A stretch of DNA of 64,000 nucleotides from Truepera sp. (GTDB lineage: Bacteria; Deinococcota; Deinococci; Deinococcales; Trueperaceae), in assembly GCA_965218435.1 (NCBI GenBank), contig CBDCKW010000009.1, positions 1,504,001 to 1,568,000 of the forward strand, read 5' to 3'. Every line of letters starts with the position of its first letter. The stretch's first letter is position 1. The notes beneath the pieces are model-generated. The model was given only the letters and a program-made list of their open reading frames with translations. It ran no database searches and was not told where the DNA came from. Both the position numbers and the translations under genes were made by a program. This document shows, piece by piece, positions 9,563 through 19,421 of this stretch.

Positions 9563-10570
9563 ATGCGCGTCAAATTGCAGCCAACGTCGTTTATCGCAGT
9601 CCTTCTCTTTCTCTCTGGCTGTATAACCAGTGCTACCAGCTATAGCATAGCGACGGCTGCTTACAACCCTACTGCCGACCGCACTGCGCCCTCGGTAGCC
9701 GTCGGTGACGACACTGTGGCCATCGCCGCAGCAGGCGACATCGCCTGTGACCCCGACGCCCGCCTTTTCAACGGCGGCGTCGGCACAACCCACAGTTGTC
9801 ATATGAAAGCCACCTCGGACTTGCTGCTGGACATGGCACCCGCGGCCGTCCTCACGCTCGGTGACAATCAGTACGAGAGTGCCTCTTACGAAAACTTTAT
9901 GGCGTCTTTTGACCGTTCGTGGGGACGGCTCAAAAACAAACTCTATCCTGCTATCGGCAACCACGAGGGCGAATCGGCGGACGCTGGGGAGGGCTACTGT
10001 GAGTATTTTGGCGCAATAGCCAACTGCAACGCCGACGGTTCGCAGGCAGGGTCGGCTTACTACTCGTTCGAGGTAGGCCGGTGGCACCTCGTCGTGCTCA
10101 ACTCGAACTGCAGTGCCGCGGGTGGCTGTGATGTCGGCAGCCCGCAGTATCAGTGGCTGGTAGCCGACCTCGCCGCGCACCCGAGCAAATGCACCCTCGC
10201 TTATTGGCATCACCCGCGCGTCAGCTCCGGTGATCACGGCAACCACACCCGTATGGCTGACATTTTCAGCGCACTCTACAACGCCGGGGTCGAGCTTGTC
10301 CTCAGCGGGCACGACCACGATTACGAGCGCTTCGCGCCGCAAAACCCGGACTTGGGGGCCGACCCCAAAAAGGGCGTCAGGCAGTTCGTAGTGGGAACCG
10401 GGGGCAAGAACCTCTATACCTTTAACAGCGAGGAACCGAACAGCGAGGTGATGAATTCACAAACCTTCGGCGTTCTTAAACTGACGCTGCATCCGGAAAG
10501 TTACGACTGGGAGTTTGTCCCGGAAGCTGGTAAAACCTTTACCGATAAGGGGAAAGGCTTGTGTCACTGA
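9563..10570 (+). CDS. Metallophosphoesterase lipoprotein (purple acid phosphatase-like), canonical motifs
   Basis: AGGAG RBS; lipobox LSGC; GDIA, GDNQY, GNHE, WHHP, SGHDHDYER. Confidence 0.9.
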   Translation: MRVKLQPTSFIAVLLFLSGCITSATSYSIATAAYNPTADRTAPSVAVGDDTVAIAAAGDIACDPDARLFNGGVGTTHSCHMKATSDLLLDMAPAAVLTLGDNQYESASYENFMASFDRSWGRLKNKLYPAIGNHEGESADAGEGYCEYFGAIANCNADGSQAGSAYYSFEVGRWHLVVLNSNCSAAGGCDVGSPQYQWLVADLAAHPSKCTLAYWHHPRVSSGDHGNHTRMADIFSALYNAGVELVLSGHDHDYERFAPQNPDLGADPKKGVRQFVVGTGGKNLYTFNSEEPNSEVMNSQTFGVLKLTLHPESYDWEFVPEAGKTFTDKGKGLCH

Positions 10571-10657
10571 CAGATCACGCAACGACACACCGGGCCGTCA
10601 CCACCGCTAAAGCCTGGTCAGGCACTCACTTAGCGACAAAAGAAAGGTGTATACATC

Positions 10658-11719
10658 ATGTCATTTGTAGCCGTCATAATGGCCGGTGGCTCAGGGCAGC
10701 GGTTCTGGCCCCTCTCGACCGCCGCCAGACCCAAGCAGTTTCTCGACCTCGAGCGCTGCGGCCACACCCTGCTCCAAGCTACCTTCGGGCGCTTGCAAGC
10801 ACTGACCGGGGGACCTGAACAAACCTTTGTCATTACCGGGGAACGCTACGCTGAGCTGGTTTTTGAGCAGCTGCCCGAACTGCCCCCGGAAAACTTGCTG
10901 CTCGAGCCCACCGGCCGCGACACCGCGCCCGCAGCGGCGCTCGCCGCGCTCGAGCTGCGCGCCAGAGTCGGCGACGCTATCATGGGGCTCTTCCCCTCGG
11001 ATCACCGTGTCGCCGACGTGAGCAGCTTTCAACACACGTTGCGGCAGGCTGCCTCGCTGACCGAGGCCACCCGCGGCATCGTCACGCTCGGTATCAAACC
11101 CGACCGCCCCGCAACGGGCTACGGCTATATCGAACAGGGTGAGCCGGTAGAGGGCGGTTACAAGGTTGCCCGGTTTGTCGAAAAACCGGATTTGGCGAGC
11201 GCCCAAGCGTACTTAGAGACGGGGCGTTACAGCTGGAATGGCGGCATCTTTGTGTGGCACGTGCAGACCATTTTAGACGAGCTGCGCCGCTACGCGCCCG
11301 GCCTCTTAACCCCGCTTACCGAAGCGCACGGCGCGGGGCGGGTTCACGAGGTTTTTCCCGACTTGCCAAAAATCAGTATCGATTACGCGGTGATGGAGCG
11401 AACCCAAAAAGCCTTCGTGGTTCCGGCTGACTTCGGCTGGGATGATGTGGGCGACTGGCAGGCACTCGAGCGCTTGTTACATAAAGAACACGGCGACCCC
11501 GACACCGTAACCAATACCGTCGTAGGCCAGCACATCGGGCTCGAGACGTCCGGCAACATCATCTATACGGAGAGCGAAGAGGATATCGTCGCCACCTTAG
11601 GCGTTGAAAACCTGGTCATCGTCAAGCGGCACAACGCTGTACTGTTGCTGCGTAAAGACCGCGTACAGGACCTCAAGCAGCTTTTGGCCGACGAAAGACT
11701 GCTCAATTTCCCGGTTTGA
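10658..11719 (+). CDS. manC: Mannose-1-phosphate guanylyltransferase
   Basis: VIMAGGSGQRFWPLS, PKQFL, EPTGRDTAPA, PSDH, TGYGYI, FVEKP, WNGGIF, SIDYAVME, WDDVGDW; no PMI cupin domain. Confidence 0.93.
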   Translation: MSFVAVIMAGGSGQRFWPLSTAARPKQFLDLERCGHTLLQATFGRLQALTGGPEQTFVITGERYAELVFEQLPELPPENLLLEPTGRDTAPAAALAALELRARVGDAIMGLFPSDHRVADVSSFQHTLRQAASLTEATRGIVTLGIKPDRPATGYGYIEQGEPVEGGYKVARFVEKPDLASAQAYLETGRYSWNGGIFVWHVQTILDELRRYAPGLLTPLTEAHGAGRVHEVFPDLPKISIDYAVMERTQKAFVVPADFGWDDVGDWQALERLLHKEHGDPDTVTNTVVGQHIGLETSGNIIYTESEEDIVATLGVENLVIVKRHNAVLLLRKDRVQDLKQLLADERLLNFPV

Positions 11720-11883
11720 CCCGGTACACCCGAAACCGTTTCACCGGCAAAGACGAACGGGATTGTCCGGCGTTCTGAGCGTTTTCGCGTTAGAAAATAC
11801 ATTGAGCCCATTTGCGCTGCACCTAGCCCCTGCCAAGGCGGGGGCAAACGCGGCGCTAAGACACGACCGGGAAAACAACCAAC

Positions 11884-12867
11884 ATGCGCATAAACACTAG
11901 GCCAGCCCGACAACACCTCTCAGTCTCAGCTACGTTCATGACTGTGATTTTCGTAACTATGAGTTTTGTGCTGCTACTCGCTGCGTGTCAGGCGAACCGG
12001 GTGTCGGTCCCAGTCACGTTCCCTCATCCGCCTCACACCAACGTCACCTTGCCCACTCGAGCCGCTTTTTACTATCCGTGGTATCCGGAAACCTGGCGGG
12101 TCAACGGTAAGCACGTCGTTTATCATCCGGCGCTGGGTTATTACGACAGCGACGCCTCAGATGTTATCAGTGCGCACATCAAGGCGCTCGACTACGCTAA
12201 AGTCAAAGTGGCTATCGTCTCATGGTGGGGCCGGGGGACACACCACGAGCAGCTGCGTATTCCTCAACTGCTCACCCAAACGCAGCGCCTAGATTCGCCG
12301 CTCAAGTGGGCGCTGTACTACGAGAAAGAAGGGGTCGGCGACCCGAGCGTCAGCGAGCTTCAGGCCGACCTAAAATATCTCAAAGCGTATGTCGGCCCGA
12401 GCTACGCGGTCGTAGACGGCAAGCCGGTCGTCTTCGTCTACAACACCGACGATACCGACTGCGAGGTAGCCAGGCGGTGGCGCGCGGCGGCTGCGGACTG
12501 GTACGTCGTGCTCAAGGTTTTCTCGGGCTACCGGGACTGTTTTGCACAACCCTCGAGCTGGCATCAGTACGCGCCTGCACGGGCTACCGACCGGCAAACC
12601 GGCTTTGCCTACAGCATCTCACCCGGCTTCTGGCGTGCCGACGAAGCCGCGCCGCGCCTGCCCCGGAACCTTACTCGCTGGCGGCAAAATATCCGGGAGA
12701 TGGTGGTGGCCGGTGATCCCTGGCAGCTGGTCACGACCTTTAACGAATGGGGTGAAGGCACCGCCGTAGAGGAGGCGAAAACGTGGGAGAGAGAGCCTTA
12801 CGGCCGCTATATCGGCGCACTGGCAACTGACGGTGCCGAGGCTGTCACCCTGCCGGAGACGCCGTAA
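11884..12867 (+). CDS. GH99-like glycoside hydrolase, probable lipoprotein
   Basis: AFYYPWY, PALGYYDS, VSWW, ISPGF, TTFNEWGEGTAVE; lipobox LAAC; start may be 11938 or 11959. Confidence 0.75.
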   Translation: MRINTRPARQHLSVSATFMTVIFVTMSFVLLLAACQANRVSVPVTFPHPPHTNVTLPTRAAFYYPWYPETWRVNGKHVVYHPALGYYDSDASDVISAHIKALDYAKVKVAIVSWWGRGTHHEQLRIPQLLTQTQRLDSPLKWALYYEKEGVGDPSVSELQADLKYLKAYVGPSYAVVDGKPVVFVYNTDDTDCEVARRWRAAAADWYVVLKVFSGYRDCFAQPSSWHQYAPARATDRQTGFAYSISPGFWRADEAAPRLPRNLTRWRQNIREMVVAGDPWQLVTTFNEWGEGTAVEEAKTWEREPYGRYIGALATDGAEAVTLPETP

Positions 12868-12918
12868 CGGTCATTGACGGCGGCCAAGCCTACCCACTTT
12901 CAAGATGGCTGCTCGAGC

Positions 12919-13167
12919 TTAACTGAGGCGCTCGAGACCTGCGGGTGTCAGCCGGTAAACCAAACGAGATTCTTTCTCCACAGCTACCCAGTGGTGCTCG
13001 ACCAAACCTTGGCGACTCAGGTCTGCCAGCAGTGGATAGACCACGTTTTCCAGCTGCGACAGGCGCGCCAACTCACCCGCGCTTTTGTAAACAGCAGGTT
13101 CTTCGGCAAGTAAAGCCAGCAGACGCGCCATACGTTTTTCTTTCTTACGTCTAAACGTCTTGAACAC
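12919..13167 (-). CDS. Small PadR-like winged helix-turn-helix protein
   Basis: ELARLSQL..VVYPLLADLSRQGLVEHHW....RLVYRLTPAG matches the PadR wHTH pattern; start uncertain (13203/13167/13131). Confidence 0.55.
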   Translation of the reverse strand: MFKTFRRKKEKRMARLLALLAEEPAVYKSAGELARLSQLENVVYPLLADLSRQGLVEHHWVAVEKESRLVYRLTPAGLERLS

Positions 13168-13588
13168 TCTAAGCACGATCCGTCTCTCGCAGGGAGCGGC
13201 CACAGGTCAGGTAGTGCTTCCACTCGGCCGTACCAAACTATAACCCAAGACGACCGAAACACTATGGCGGTTTTCTCATCGGCGCTGCGTCTTAGTCTCG
13301 TCATCGCCATTTGGCTTTTACCCGCTCCCACAACTCCCACAAGTACCACCACCGAGGCGAGGGGCTTAGACCCGGACGCACCACGGCATCTGAACAAGGT
13401 CACCAAGGCGAGGTAGCAGGCCGAGGTAGCAAGTCGGGTTCAGACAAGAGCCCCAAAGGGCTAATTTGTAGAGCCGCAAACGAAGCTCGCCCGACTAAGC
13501 AACCGGTGAAGTCTGAAAGCTTTGTGAACGCACGCTGCAGCTACGGCGGACAGCTAGACGGGTTGTCTTTTATAGGTAAAGTGGACGG

Positions 13589-14278
13589 GTGGAACCGCTG
13601 ACCCAAAGAGCCCTCGAGCGCCGCCTTAAACGCTACGTCTCGAAAGAAACCCACGACTTTTTGGCGGTCGGTGCGCCGGGGTTTGAAGCGGTCTTGCTCG
13701 GCGAAGTTCAGGCTCTACCTGATGTGAACAACGCCAAAATCGTCTGGGGTGGGGTCGAGTTTCGCGGGCCGTTTGCGGCGATCTATCACGCCAATTTGCA
13801 GCTCGCCAGCGCCCACCGCGTGTTGTGGCGCGTCGCCGAATTTTTAGCGCAATCGTACCCGATGCTCTACAACAAGGCGGCAAAAGTGCCGTGGGAACGG
13901 TTTACCGGGTTTGAACAGCAGGTTCGGTTTAGTGTCAGCAGCCGCAGCTCGAGGCTTCGCTATCCGCCAAAAAATGCCGAGACGGTTTTTAGTGCGGTGT
14001 AAACGGCCGTTTTACCGTTGGGACTTCACCCGGACTTGTCAGATGAGGCAACGTTAAGTGTTCATGTGCGCCTGTTTCAAGACCGCTGTACCCTGAGTTT
14101 AGACACCAGCGGCGAGCATTTGCATAGGCGCGGCTACCGCATCCATATCGGGGACGCGCCGATTCGCGAAACGCTCGCCGCCATTTTAGAAACCGTCAAT
14201 TTCAGGCAGTTTGAGCTGATCGTTGACCCCATGTGTGGCAGCGGGACGTTTTTGCTCGAGACCCAAAAACGTCTTTAG
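13589..14278 (+). pseudogene. THUMP-domain RNA methyltransferase (RlmL/YpsC-like) pseudogene
   Basis: ORFs 13589-14002 and 14018-14278 share one frame, separated by TAA at 14000-14002; motifs GGVEF, ANLQLASAHRV, SLDTSGEHLHRRGYR, APIRETLAA, DPMCGSGT; ends just after the SAM motif, so the C-terminal part is missing. Confidence 0.8.
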
Positions 14279-14496
14279 GCGTAACAACCAGCTGGATCAA
14301 GTTGCTGTTCGCTTCTTCTCTACTTCAGATTGGGCATAGTGAGTGGCTAACAGGTGGTCGGTGAGACTTCGGCGTAGGGCAACGACCGCTTGGACTTCGC
14401 CCAAAACCTATCGCGGCTCTTTCCATAAGCTAGCAGCCATGAACTATATGAAGCGGCAGCCGGGTTGGGCCTGTGGCGGGCAGCCGTCTGATGAAG

Positions 14497-14510
14497 GGGT
14501 GGTACCACCC
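14497..14510 (-). terminator. Possible terminator hairpin after the Gfo/Idh/MocA gene
   Basis: Perfect palindrome GGGTGGTACCACCC immediately downstream of the stop at 14513; weak U-tract. Confidence 0.3.
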
Positions 14511-14512
14511 TC

Positions 14513-15508
14513 CTAACGGGGCTCGGACGCGACCTCAATACGCGTACCGGTTTCATACGAGGCAGTGGCCGCCACCGCGAGCTCGAGGGCACGCTGCCCC
14601 GCTTGGGCAGGGACCGGCGGCGGCTCTCCGGCCCTAAACGCTGCGAGAACTGCGTCCATATGAAGGTCGAAGGTTCGGTGAAAGTCGCGGTCAAAGTCGT
14701 TAAAGTAGCCAGCTTGCCAAACCTCGGCCGTCTCACTCCCGGCACGTTGAAAGCTGAAGCGGCGCACTGTGTCGTCTACCACCACACGTCCCTCGGTGCC
14801 GTTTAGCTCGAGGCGGTGAGCACCCGGATACGCATACGAAGAATCGTAAGAACCGACCAGGCTCCCGAGTGCGCCGCTCTCAAACTTCAGGGAAAGAACG
14901 AGCGTTGAAAAGCCTTTGCCGGTTTTGTCGGTCATTTCAGCCATCACCGACGCAATCGGCCCACATAACGACTCGAGCTGGTCAAAAGCGTGACACTGGG
15001 TTTCGATCAAGTTCGCGTGCGGATGGTCGCTCTCTCCTTCTCCCCCAAAACGCCAGGTGGCGAAGATAAGCTCGCCCAACTTGCCCTCGTCAACCGCTTG
15101 TTTGGCGAGGAGCAGGGGCTTGGCGTAGCGATGATTAAAGTTGATGGCGAAAAACAGGTCGCGCTGGCGGGCCGCTTCGGTAAGGGTTTTGGCCTCTGCC
15201 AGCTCGAATACGAGCGGCTTTTCAACGAAAAGCGGATAGCCGGCGCTGATAACCTGGTAGGTCACGCCGAAATGATGCTGATTAGGTAAGCAGACACAAA
15301 CAAGGTCGGGACGCTGCTCGTTTAACATCGTCTCAACCGACGTATAGGGGCTCGTCCCGTAGTCGGCTGCGCGCAGAGCCGTTCGCTTCTGATCGCGGCC
15401 TACCACCGCACAAAAATTGACGTCCTGCCGGAGCGCGAGGATACGGGCGTGCTGCTGTGCCCAGTTACCGGTACCGATCAGAGCGAGCTTGAGCTTGGGA
15501 GAGGTCAC
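14513..15508 (-). CDS. Gfo/Idh/MocA family oxidoreductase
   Basis: LALIGTGNWA, VCLPNQHH, FVEKP, NFNHRY; GTG at 15508 preferred over 15595, which overlaps the upstream gene. Confidence 0.9.
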   Translation of the reverse strand: MTSPKLKLALIGTGNWAQQHARILALRQDVNFCAVVGRDQKRTALRAADYGTSPYTSVETMLNEQRPDLVCVCLPNQHHFGVTYQVISAGYPLFVEKPLVFELAEAKTLTEAARQRDLFFAINFNHRYAKPLLLAKQAVDEGKLGELIFATWRFGGEGESDHPHANLIETQCHAFDQLESLCGPIASVMAEMTDKTGKGFSTLVLSLKFESGALGSLVGSYDSSYAYPGAHRLELNGTEGRVVVDDTVRRFSFQRAGSETAEVWQAGYFNDFDRDFHRTFDLHMDAVLAAFRAGEPPPVPAQAGQRALELAVAATASYETGTRIEVASEPR

Positions 15509-15579
15509 TATCGACGCTATTCCGGTTGCCGTGCTGACAAGCTTAGCGGCGTCACGGCTTTCGTTATTTAGCTGCGGCG

Positions 15580-17481
15580 CTAACGCCGCAACCAAACTTG
15601 CATGGGAGCCGGGTCACGGTTGGCCCAGCTGTAATACGGAACAGCGATGAGCTTGGTGGCAACAGCTTGTGCAGGGGAAGCCTCAACCGCCCGGTAGAGA
15701 TAGGCCGTAGCAGCTGTCTGGGCCGACGCGTCGGCCCCAAGCAAGACGACCCCGCCGAGTTCGGCAGACGGCACCGGGGTCACCTGTTCCGGTTTCGCGG
15801 GTACCACCAAGTCTCTGGGATCAACGTCCAGGTCGAGCCCTTCAGCGCAGTAAAGGATCGGCCCGCGCGCCAAAGCCACCCGTCCGGCAGCTTCAACCAC
15901 ATAAGGGTGCGCTTCTAAGTAACGCACCGGCATCGGCAAAGATAGCCGAACCGTATCGCCCGCTTGCCAATCACGGCTGAGGCTCGCGTAGCTGCCCGCT
16001 ACCACGTCGTTTACCACCTCACCATTGACGGTAACGCTCGCGCCTTCAGCCCAGGCCGGGACGCGGAGCTTTAGGGTAAACGCCCCCGTGGTCTGAACCG
16101 TTAGCGCCACGTCGCCGTCCCACGGGTAACGAGTTGTCTGCTCAAGCGTAACCTTTTGCCCATCTAGGGTCGTCTCAAGGCTACCCGCAGCGTAAAGATG
16201 AACCCACAACGCGCCTTCTTGGGTGCTGTAAAAGTAACCCGGCAAAGACGCCAACAGACGCGCTACGTTAGGTGGACAACACGCACAACCGAACCACGCC
16301 TGACGGCGGTGTGTCCCACCATCGGCTAATGGGTTTTGATAGAAGTATTCTTGACCGTCAAGTGACAGTCCCGGCAGCACCGCGTTGTAGAGGGTCCACT
16401 CGAGCAGGTCGGCGTAACGGGCGTCACCCTTCAGGGCCAAAAGTCGCCAGTTCCACATCACGCTGGCAATGGCGGCGCAGGTCTCGGTATAGGCGCGTCC
16501 ATTCGGCAGTTCGTAATCTTCGCCGAACGCTTCGCCTTCGTAGCGCGAGCCGAGGCCGCCGCTGACATACATCCGCTTCATCGTCATATTATCCCACAAA
16601 CGTTCCAACACCGTCAGATAACCCGCGTCGCCGGTCTCGGCGTACACGTCGGTAATCCCGGCGGTGTAGTAGAGCGCCCGCACCGCGTGCCCGACGACTG
16701 CGTCCAGTTCCCGGACGGGAAGATGGTCTTGGGCGTACTCAGGCGACCAGTGGCCGTAGGGTTTCCCTAAAAGGCCGCGCCCACGAGCTTCGACAAAGTA
16801 CTGAGCTTGCGCCAGATACCGCTTTTTACCCGTTACCCGGTACAGTTCGACCAGGCCCAACTCGACCTCTTCGTGACCGTCTACCGCCTCACGTTTGCCC
16901 TCAGACTCCGGGCCGAAGGTCTCACAGATATGGTCGGCAAAACGTGTCGCTACGTCCAGCAGAGACCTCTCCCCGGTGGCCCGGTAATGCGCGACCGCTG
17001 CCTGAAACAGGTGTCCGGCGCAGTACATCTCATGCAGGTCAAAATTTGTCCAACGTTCGTCGGCTCTTTCCAGCGCAAAGTAGGTATTGAGATACCCGTC
17101 GTCGCGTTGGGCGGCAGCGACTTCAGAGATGGCCACATCTACCATCGCTTTCAGCTCCGGATTCGGCCCCTCGGCGAGCGTCCAGGCGGCGGCCTCGAGC
17201 CACTTGTATACGTCCGAATCGTTGAAGTAAATGCCGACAAAAGGGGCGTCTAGTTTGCCCGAAACGCGCCGGAAGTTGTTGAGCCGGTCGGTCTCTTCGA
17301 GATGCCGAAACTGTGTGGGCAAGGTGACGTCGCGGTTGATCTGCCGCCGGGGTGCCCAAAAGCTGTCGGTCAAGGTGACGCTGCCCAGCGGGACAGGGCG
17401 CAGCTCTGCGTAGGGGCTCGAGCCGGTATCAACGACAGGCGCAGCGGTTTTGGGTGTCGTAGGCGTTTGAATCTGAGTCAT
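15580..17481 (-). CDS. Glycoside hydrolase family 127 (beta-L-arabinofuranosidase HypBA1-like)
   Basis: DSDVYKWLEA, HEMYCAGH, GHAVRALY, YTETCA, CACCPPN (Zn-Cys ligands), PYYSWANR. Confidence 0.93.
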   Translation of the reverse strand: MTQIQTPTTPKTAAPVVDTGSSPYAELRPVPLGSVTLTDSFWAPRRQINRDVTLPTQFRHLEETDRLNNFRRVSGKLDAPFVGIYFNDSDVYKWLEAAAWTLAEGPNPELKAMVDVAISEVAAAQRDDGYLNTYFALERADERWTNFDLHEMYCAGHLFQAAVAHYRATGERSLLDVATRFADHICETFGPESEGKREAVDGHEEVELGLVELYRVTGKKRYLAQAQYFVEARGRGLLGKPYGHWSPEYAQDHLPVRELDAVVGHAVRALYYTAGITDVYAETGDAGYLTVLERLWDNMTMKRMYVSGGLGSRYEGEAFGEDYELPNGRAYTETCAAIASVMWNWRLLALKGDARYADLLEWTLYNAVLPGLSLDGQEYFYQNPLADGGTHRRQAWFGCACCPPNVARLLASLPGYFYSTQEGALWVHLYAAGSLETTLDGQKVTLEQTTRYPWDGDVALTVQTTGAFTLKLRVPAWAEGASVTVNGEVVNDVVAGSYASLSRDWQAGDTVRLSLPMPVRYLEAHPYVVEAAGRVALARGPILYCAEGLDLDVDPRDLVVPAKPEQVTPVPSAELGGVVLLGADASAQTAATAYLYRAVEASPAQAVATKLIAVPYYSWANRDPAPMQVWLRR

Positions 17482-17543
17482 AAGGGTCCTTTATGAATGA
17501 AGGGAACGAGAGTTTAAGTCACGTGGAAGTTCCTACAAATTTA

Positions 17544-18419
17544 TCAGCCCTTGCTGCCAGTGAGGGCAATGCCTTCGATAAAGTACCGCTGGGCAAAGAA
17601 GAAAAGCACAATCACCGGCGCAATCACCACCGTCGAGGCGGCCATTAGCAGGTGCCACTGCGAGCTGTAGAGTCCGGTAAACTCAGCTAAGCCTAGCGCG
17701 AGGGTAAAGTGCCGCGAATCGTTGAGATAGATCAGTGGCCCTAAAAAGTCGTTCCATGAGTTGAGCGCAGCAAAGATGGCTACGGCAATGAGTGCCGGAC
17801 GGCTGAGCGGCACGATGATATACCAGAGAATCTGTAAGGGGTTGGCCCCGTCAATGAGCGCCGCCTCGTCAAGTTCTTTAGGAATCGTGCGAAAAAACTG
17901 GCGGAGTAAAAAGATCGAGAAGATACCGCCGCCGAACCAGTGCGGGATAATCAGCGGCCAAAAGGTATTGATTAAGTCTAGGCGTGCCCACAGCAAAAAG
18001 GTTGGGATCAGCGTCACGGCGTAAGGCAACATCAGCGTGGTCAAGAGGACGTTAAACACAAAGTCTCGCCCCGGCCAGCGGAGCCGCGAAAAGCCGTAAG
18101 CGGCAAGTGCCGAGGTCAGTACCGTCCCGACCACTGCCGGAACTAAAATGGTCAGGGTATTAAGAAAGTAGTGAAAAAACGGAATGGTGGTGAGCGCCTC
18201 AGGGTAGTTTTGCCACTGCCAGGGGTCAGGAAGCCATTCGGGCGGAAAGGTAAAAATCTGCCCTAAGCCCATGACTGAACTCCGCACCAACCAGGCGAGT
18301 GGAAACAGCATCAGCACACTACCTAACAGACAGAGCAGGTAGACGATCAGCTTTCCTAGTGTGCGCCCGGAGCTGCTACGCTGGGACGTGCGGTGAGTAG
18401 AAGCGCGGCCGAGCGCCAT
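17544..18419 (-). CDS. Carbohydrate ABC transporter permease (MalG-type)
   Basis: EAA loop ELDEAALIDGA, WNDFLGPL, QRYFIEG. Confidence 0.93.
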   Translation of the reverse strand: MALGRASTHRTSQRSSSGRTLGKLIVYLLCLLGSVLMLFPLAWLVRSSVMGLGQIFTFPPEWLPDPWQWQNYPEALTTIPFFHYFLNTLTILVPAVVGTVLTSALAAYGFSRLRWPGRDFVFNVLLTTLMLPYAVTLIPTFLLWARLDLINTFWPLIIPHWFGGGIFSIFLLRQFFRTIPKELDEAALIDGANPLQILWYIIVPLSRPALIAVAIFAALNSWNDFLGPLIYLNDSRHFTLALGLAEFTGLYSSQWHLLMAASTVVIAPVIVLFFFAQRYFIEGIALTGSKG

Positions 18420-19378
18420 CAGCTGTTCCCTTCGTAGTAGACCCAGCGGTTTGAAGTTTTAAGCACCACAAAGCTCAGTACGGCGATGATGATGAACAAA
18501 ACCCAGGCGAGCGCCGAAGCGTAGCCCATGTCAGACTCTTGAAACGCTTTGCGGTAGAGATACAACACAAAAAACAACGAAGCGTTGTTCGGTCCGCCCT
18601 GCGTCATGATGTACGCCTGCGTAAAGGTCTGCATCGTGCCGATAATCGCCAGCACCAGGTTAAATAAAATCGTCGGCGTGACCATCGGTACCGTGATGTG
18701 CCACAGTTTATGGAGGTTGTTGCCCCCATCAATGGCCACGGCTTCATAAAGTTGCCGCGGGACGCCCTGAAGCCCGGCTAAAAAGATAATCATCATCGGG
18801 CCGACCGCCCAGAGGCTCATCAGGATGAGTGAGGGAATTACTGAGCCTTCACCGTAAATCCACTGTGAGCGGGGCAGGTGCAAAAAGTCGGCGGCGGCGT
18901 TTAACAAGCCGAAGTCGGGATTAAACAGCCAAAGCCAGAGGACGCTACTGGCAATAACCGGAACAATCGCCGGCAAGTAGAAGATGGTGCGGAAGACAGG
19001 CAAGCCCCTGATCTTTTGGTTGAGCAAGATCGCCAGAAAAAAAGCGAACACGATACTTAGAGGCACACTGCCCAGCGTATACACCGCCGTAACCCGTAAA
19101 GACTTCCAGAAGAGGGCGTCTTGCGAGAACATCCGCTGGAAATTTTGCACTCCGATCCAGTTGGGGCTGCCGGCGATGTTCCAGTCGGTAAAAGCGATCA
19201 GCAAACTCGCCACAATCGGGCCGAGTTGCCAGATTAAAAAACCCAGAATGGCCGGGGCGACGCAGAGGATGCCCCACAGCGCCTCGCTCCGCCGTTGCCG
19301 CGACATGCCCAAGCGTTTGGGTTTGCCGACGTCCCTTACAAATGGTTTGGTTGTGGCCACGAGCTCTCCATTCCCCAA
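18419..19378 (-). CDS. Carbohydrate ABC transporter permease (MalF-type)
   Basis: FRTIFYLP, LAGLQGVPRQLYEAVAIDG, GYASALAW. Confidence 0.93.
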   Translation of the reverse strand: MGNGELVATTKPFVRDVGKPKRLGMSRQRRSEALWGILCVAPAILGFLIWQLGPIVASLLIAFTDWNIAGSPNWIGVQNFQRMFSQDALFWKSLRVTAVYTLGSVPLSIVFAFFLAILLNQKIRGLPVFRTIFYLPAIVPVIASSVLWLWLFNPDFGLLNAAADFLHLPRSQWIYGEGSVIPSLILMSLWAVGPMMIIFLAGLQGVPRQLYEAVAIDGGNNLHKLWHITVPMVTPTILFNLVLAIIGTMQTFTQAYIMTQGGPNNASLFFVLYLYRKAFQESDMGYASALAWVLFIIIAVLSFVVLKTSNRWVYYEGNS

Positions 19379-19421
19379 ACAGGGTTACACCTCATTTCGG
19401 TGTAACCCTGCCTGTACCCCG

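Noticed and set aside
9557..10342. Long antisense ORFs (e.g. 9557-10342, 4658-5407, 23028-23909, 37282-37947)
   Set aside because: They are shadows of well-supported genes on the opposite strand, common at high GC, and have no recognisable motifs
13017..13406. Minus-strand ORF containing a Walker A-like string VVVLVGVVGAGKS
   Set aside because: No Walker B or further NTPase fold follows, it overlaps the PadR-like gene, and the motif coincides with a 9-nt tandem repeat (CTCCCACAA x2); probably chance or an unrecognisable relic
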